DNA of 5,276 nucleotides from Candidatus Saccharimonadota bacterium (GTDB lineage Bacteria; Pseudomonadota; Gammaproteobacteria; Enterobacterales; Enterobacteriaceae): NCBI RefSeq assembly GCF_012562765.1, contig NZ_CP046227.1, positions 1 to 5,276 of the forward strand, read 5' to 3'. Shown piece by piece: positions 5,128 to 5,276 of this stretch (position 1 is its first letter; each line of letters starts with the position of its first letter). The notes under the pieces were generated by a model. It saw only the letters and a program-made list of their open reading frames with translations, ran no database searches and was not told where the DNA came from. The position numbers and the translations under genes were made by a program.

Positions 5128-5276
5128 TATTTTAATTTGTAAAAAATATAAGAAACATAAATTATAAAAACTATAAAAATTAAGATAATCACATAAAAAA
5201 CATAAAAAATCAAAACTACACATTAAAGTTAAAACTTATTTAATCTATAAATAATGATTTAAAAAGAAACATAATA

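Larger units (their letters stand above)
4712..5130. other. Candidate vegetative replication origin (oriV): G-rich box, iterons and an A+T-rich putative unwinding region
   Basis: The G-rich box aggggtgggtaatcaatac (4711-4729) abuts the iterons (4730-4894). A nearly pure A/T tract with short tandem repeats and DnaA-box-like strings follows. This matches the general layout of iteron origins such as RK2 oriV, pSC101 and R6K. The boundaries are approximate. Confidence 0.6.

Noticed and set aside
5147-5180. ttgtaa...tataaa-type strings as the adhesin promoter
   Set aside because: Many equally good -35/-10 pairings exist in this nearly pure A/T tract. None can be preferred from sequence alone, so no coordinates are asserted.
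1-5276. Insertion sequence, transposon or integron explanation for the cargo genes
   Set aside because: I found no transposase- or integrase-like ORF in any frame. I also found no terminal inverted repeats or flanking direct duplications around either cargo gene.
1-5276. tRNA, rRNA or other structured RNA genes
   Set aside because: The only G+C-containing non-coding segment is the iteron array. No cloverleaf-capable or otherwise G/C-paired segments were seen in the intergenic DNA.

Overview
This 5,276-bp window is extremely A+T-rich, and by eye G/C is confined to a few islands. It reads as a small, probably complete, iteron-type plasmid from a genome-reduced gammaproteobacterium. The composition resembles insect endosymbionts such as Wigglesworthia or Buchnera, but the host cannot be proven from sequence alone. 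I can support three genes. (1) 1-2808 (+) encodes a 935-aa intimin/invasin-family inverse autotransporter adhesin with signal peptide, beta-barrel, plug linker, Ig-like repeats and a C-terminal lectin-like tip with a conserved Cys pair. (2) 2910-3596 (-) is a pheA-derived gene that retains only the prephenate dehydratase catalytic core. Most of the chorismate mutase domain and the whole ACT regulatory domain are missing. (3) 3659-4522 (-) encodes a TrfA-family replication initiator that is collinear with RK2 TrfA as I recall it. Upstream of the initiator gene lies a G+C-rich island at 4730-4894. It holds seven perfectly identical 22-bp direct repeats plus one 11-bp half repeat, followed by a very A+T-rich stretch; together these are the likely oriV. 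A perfect 19-bp inverted repeat at 2867-2905 sits between the convergent adhesin and pheA genes and is a probable bidirectional terminator. I found no tRNA, rRNA, CRISPR array or transposase. The points most worth following up are the feedback-domain-less PDT carried on a replicon, the intact adhesin in a decayed genome background, and the phase-preserving structure of the iteron array. All homology calls rest on motif recognition from memory, because no searches could be run.
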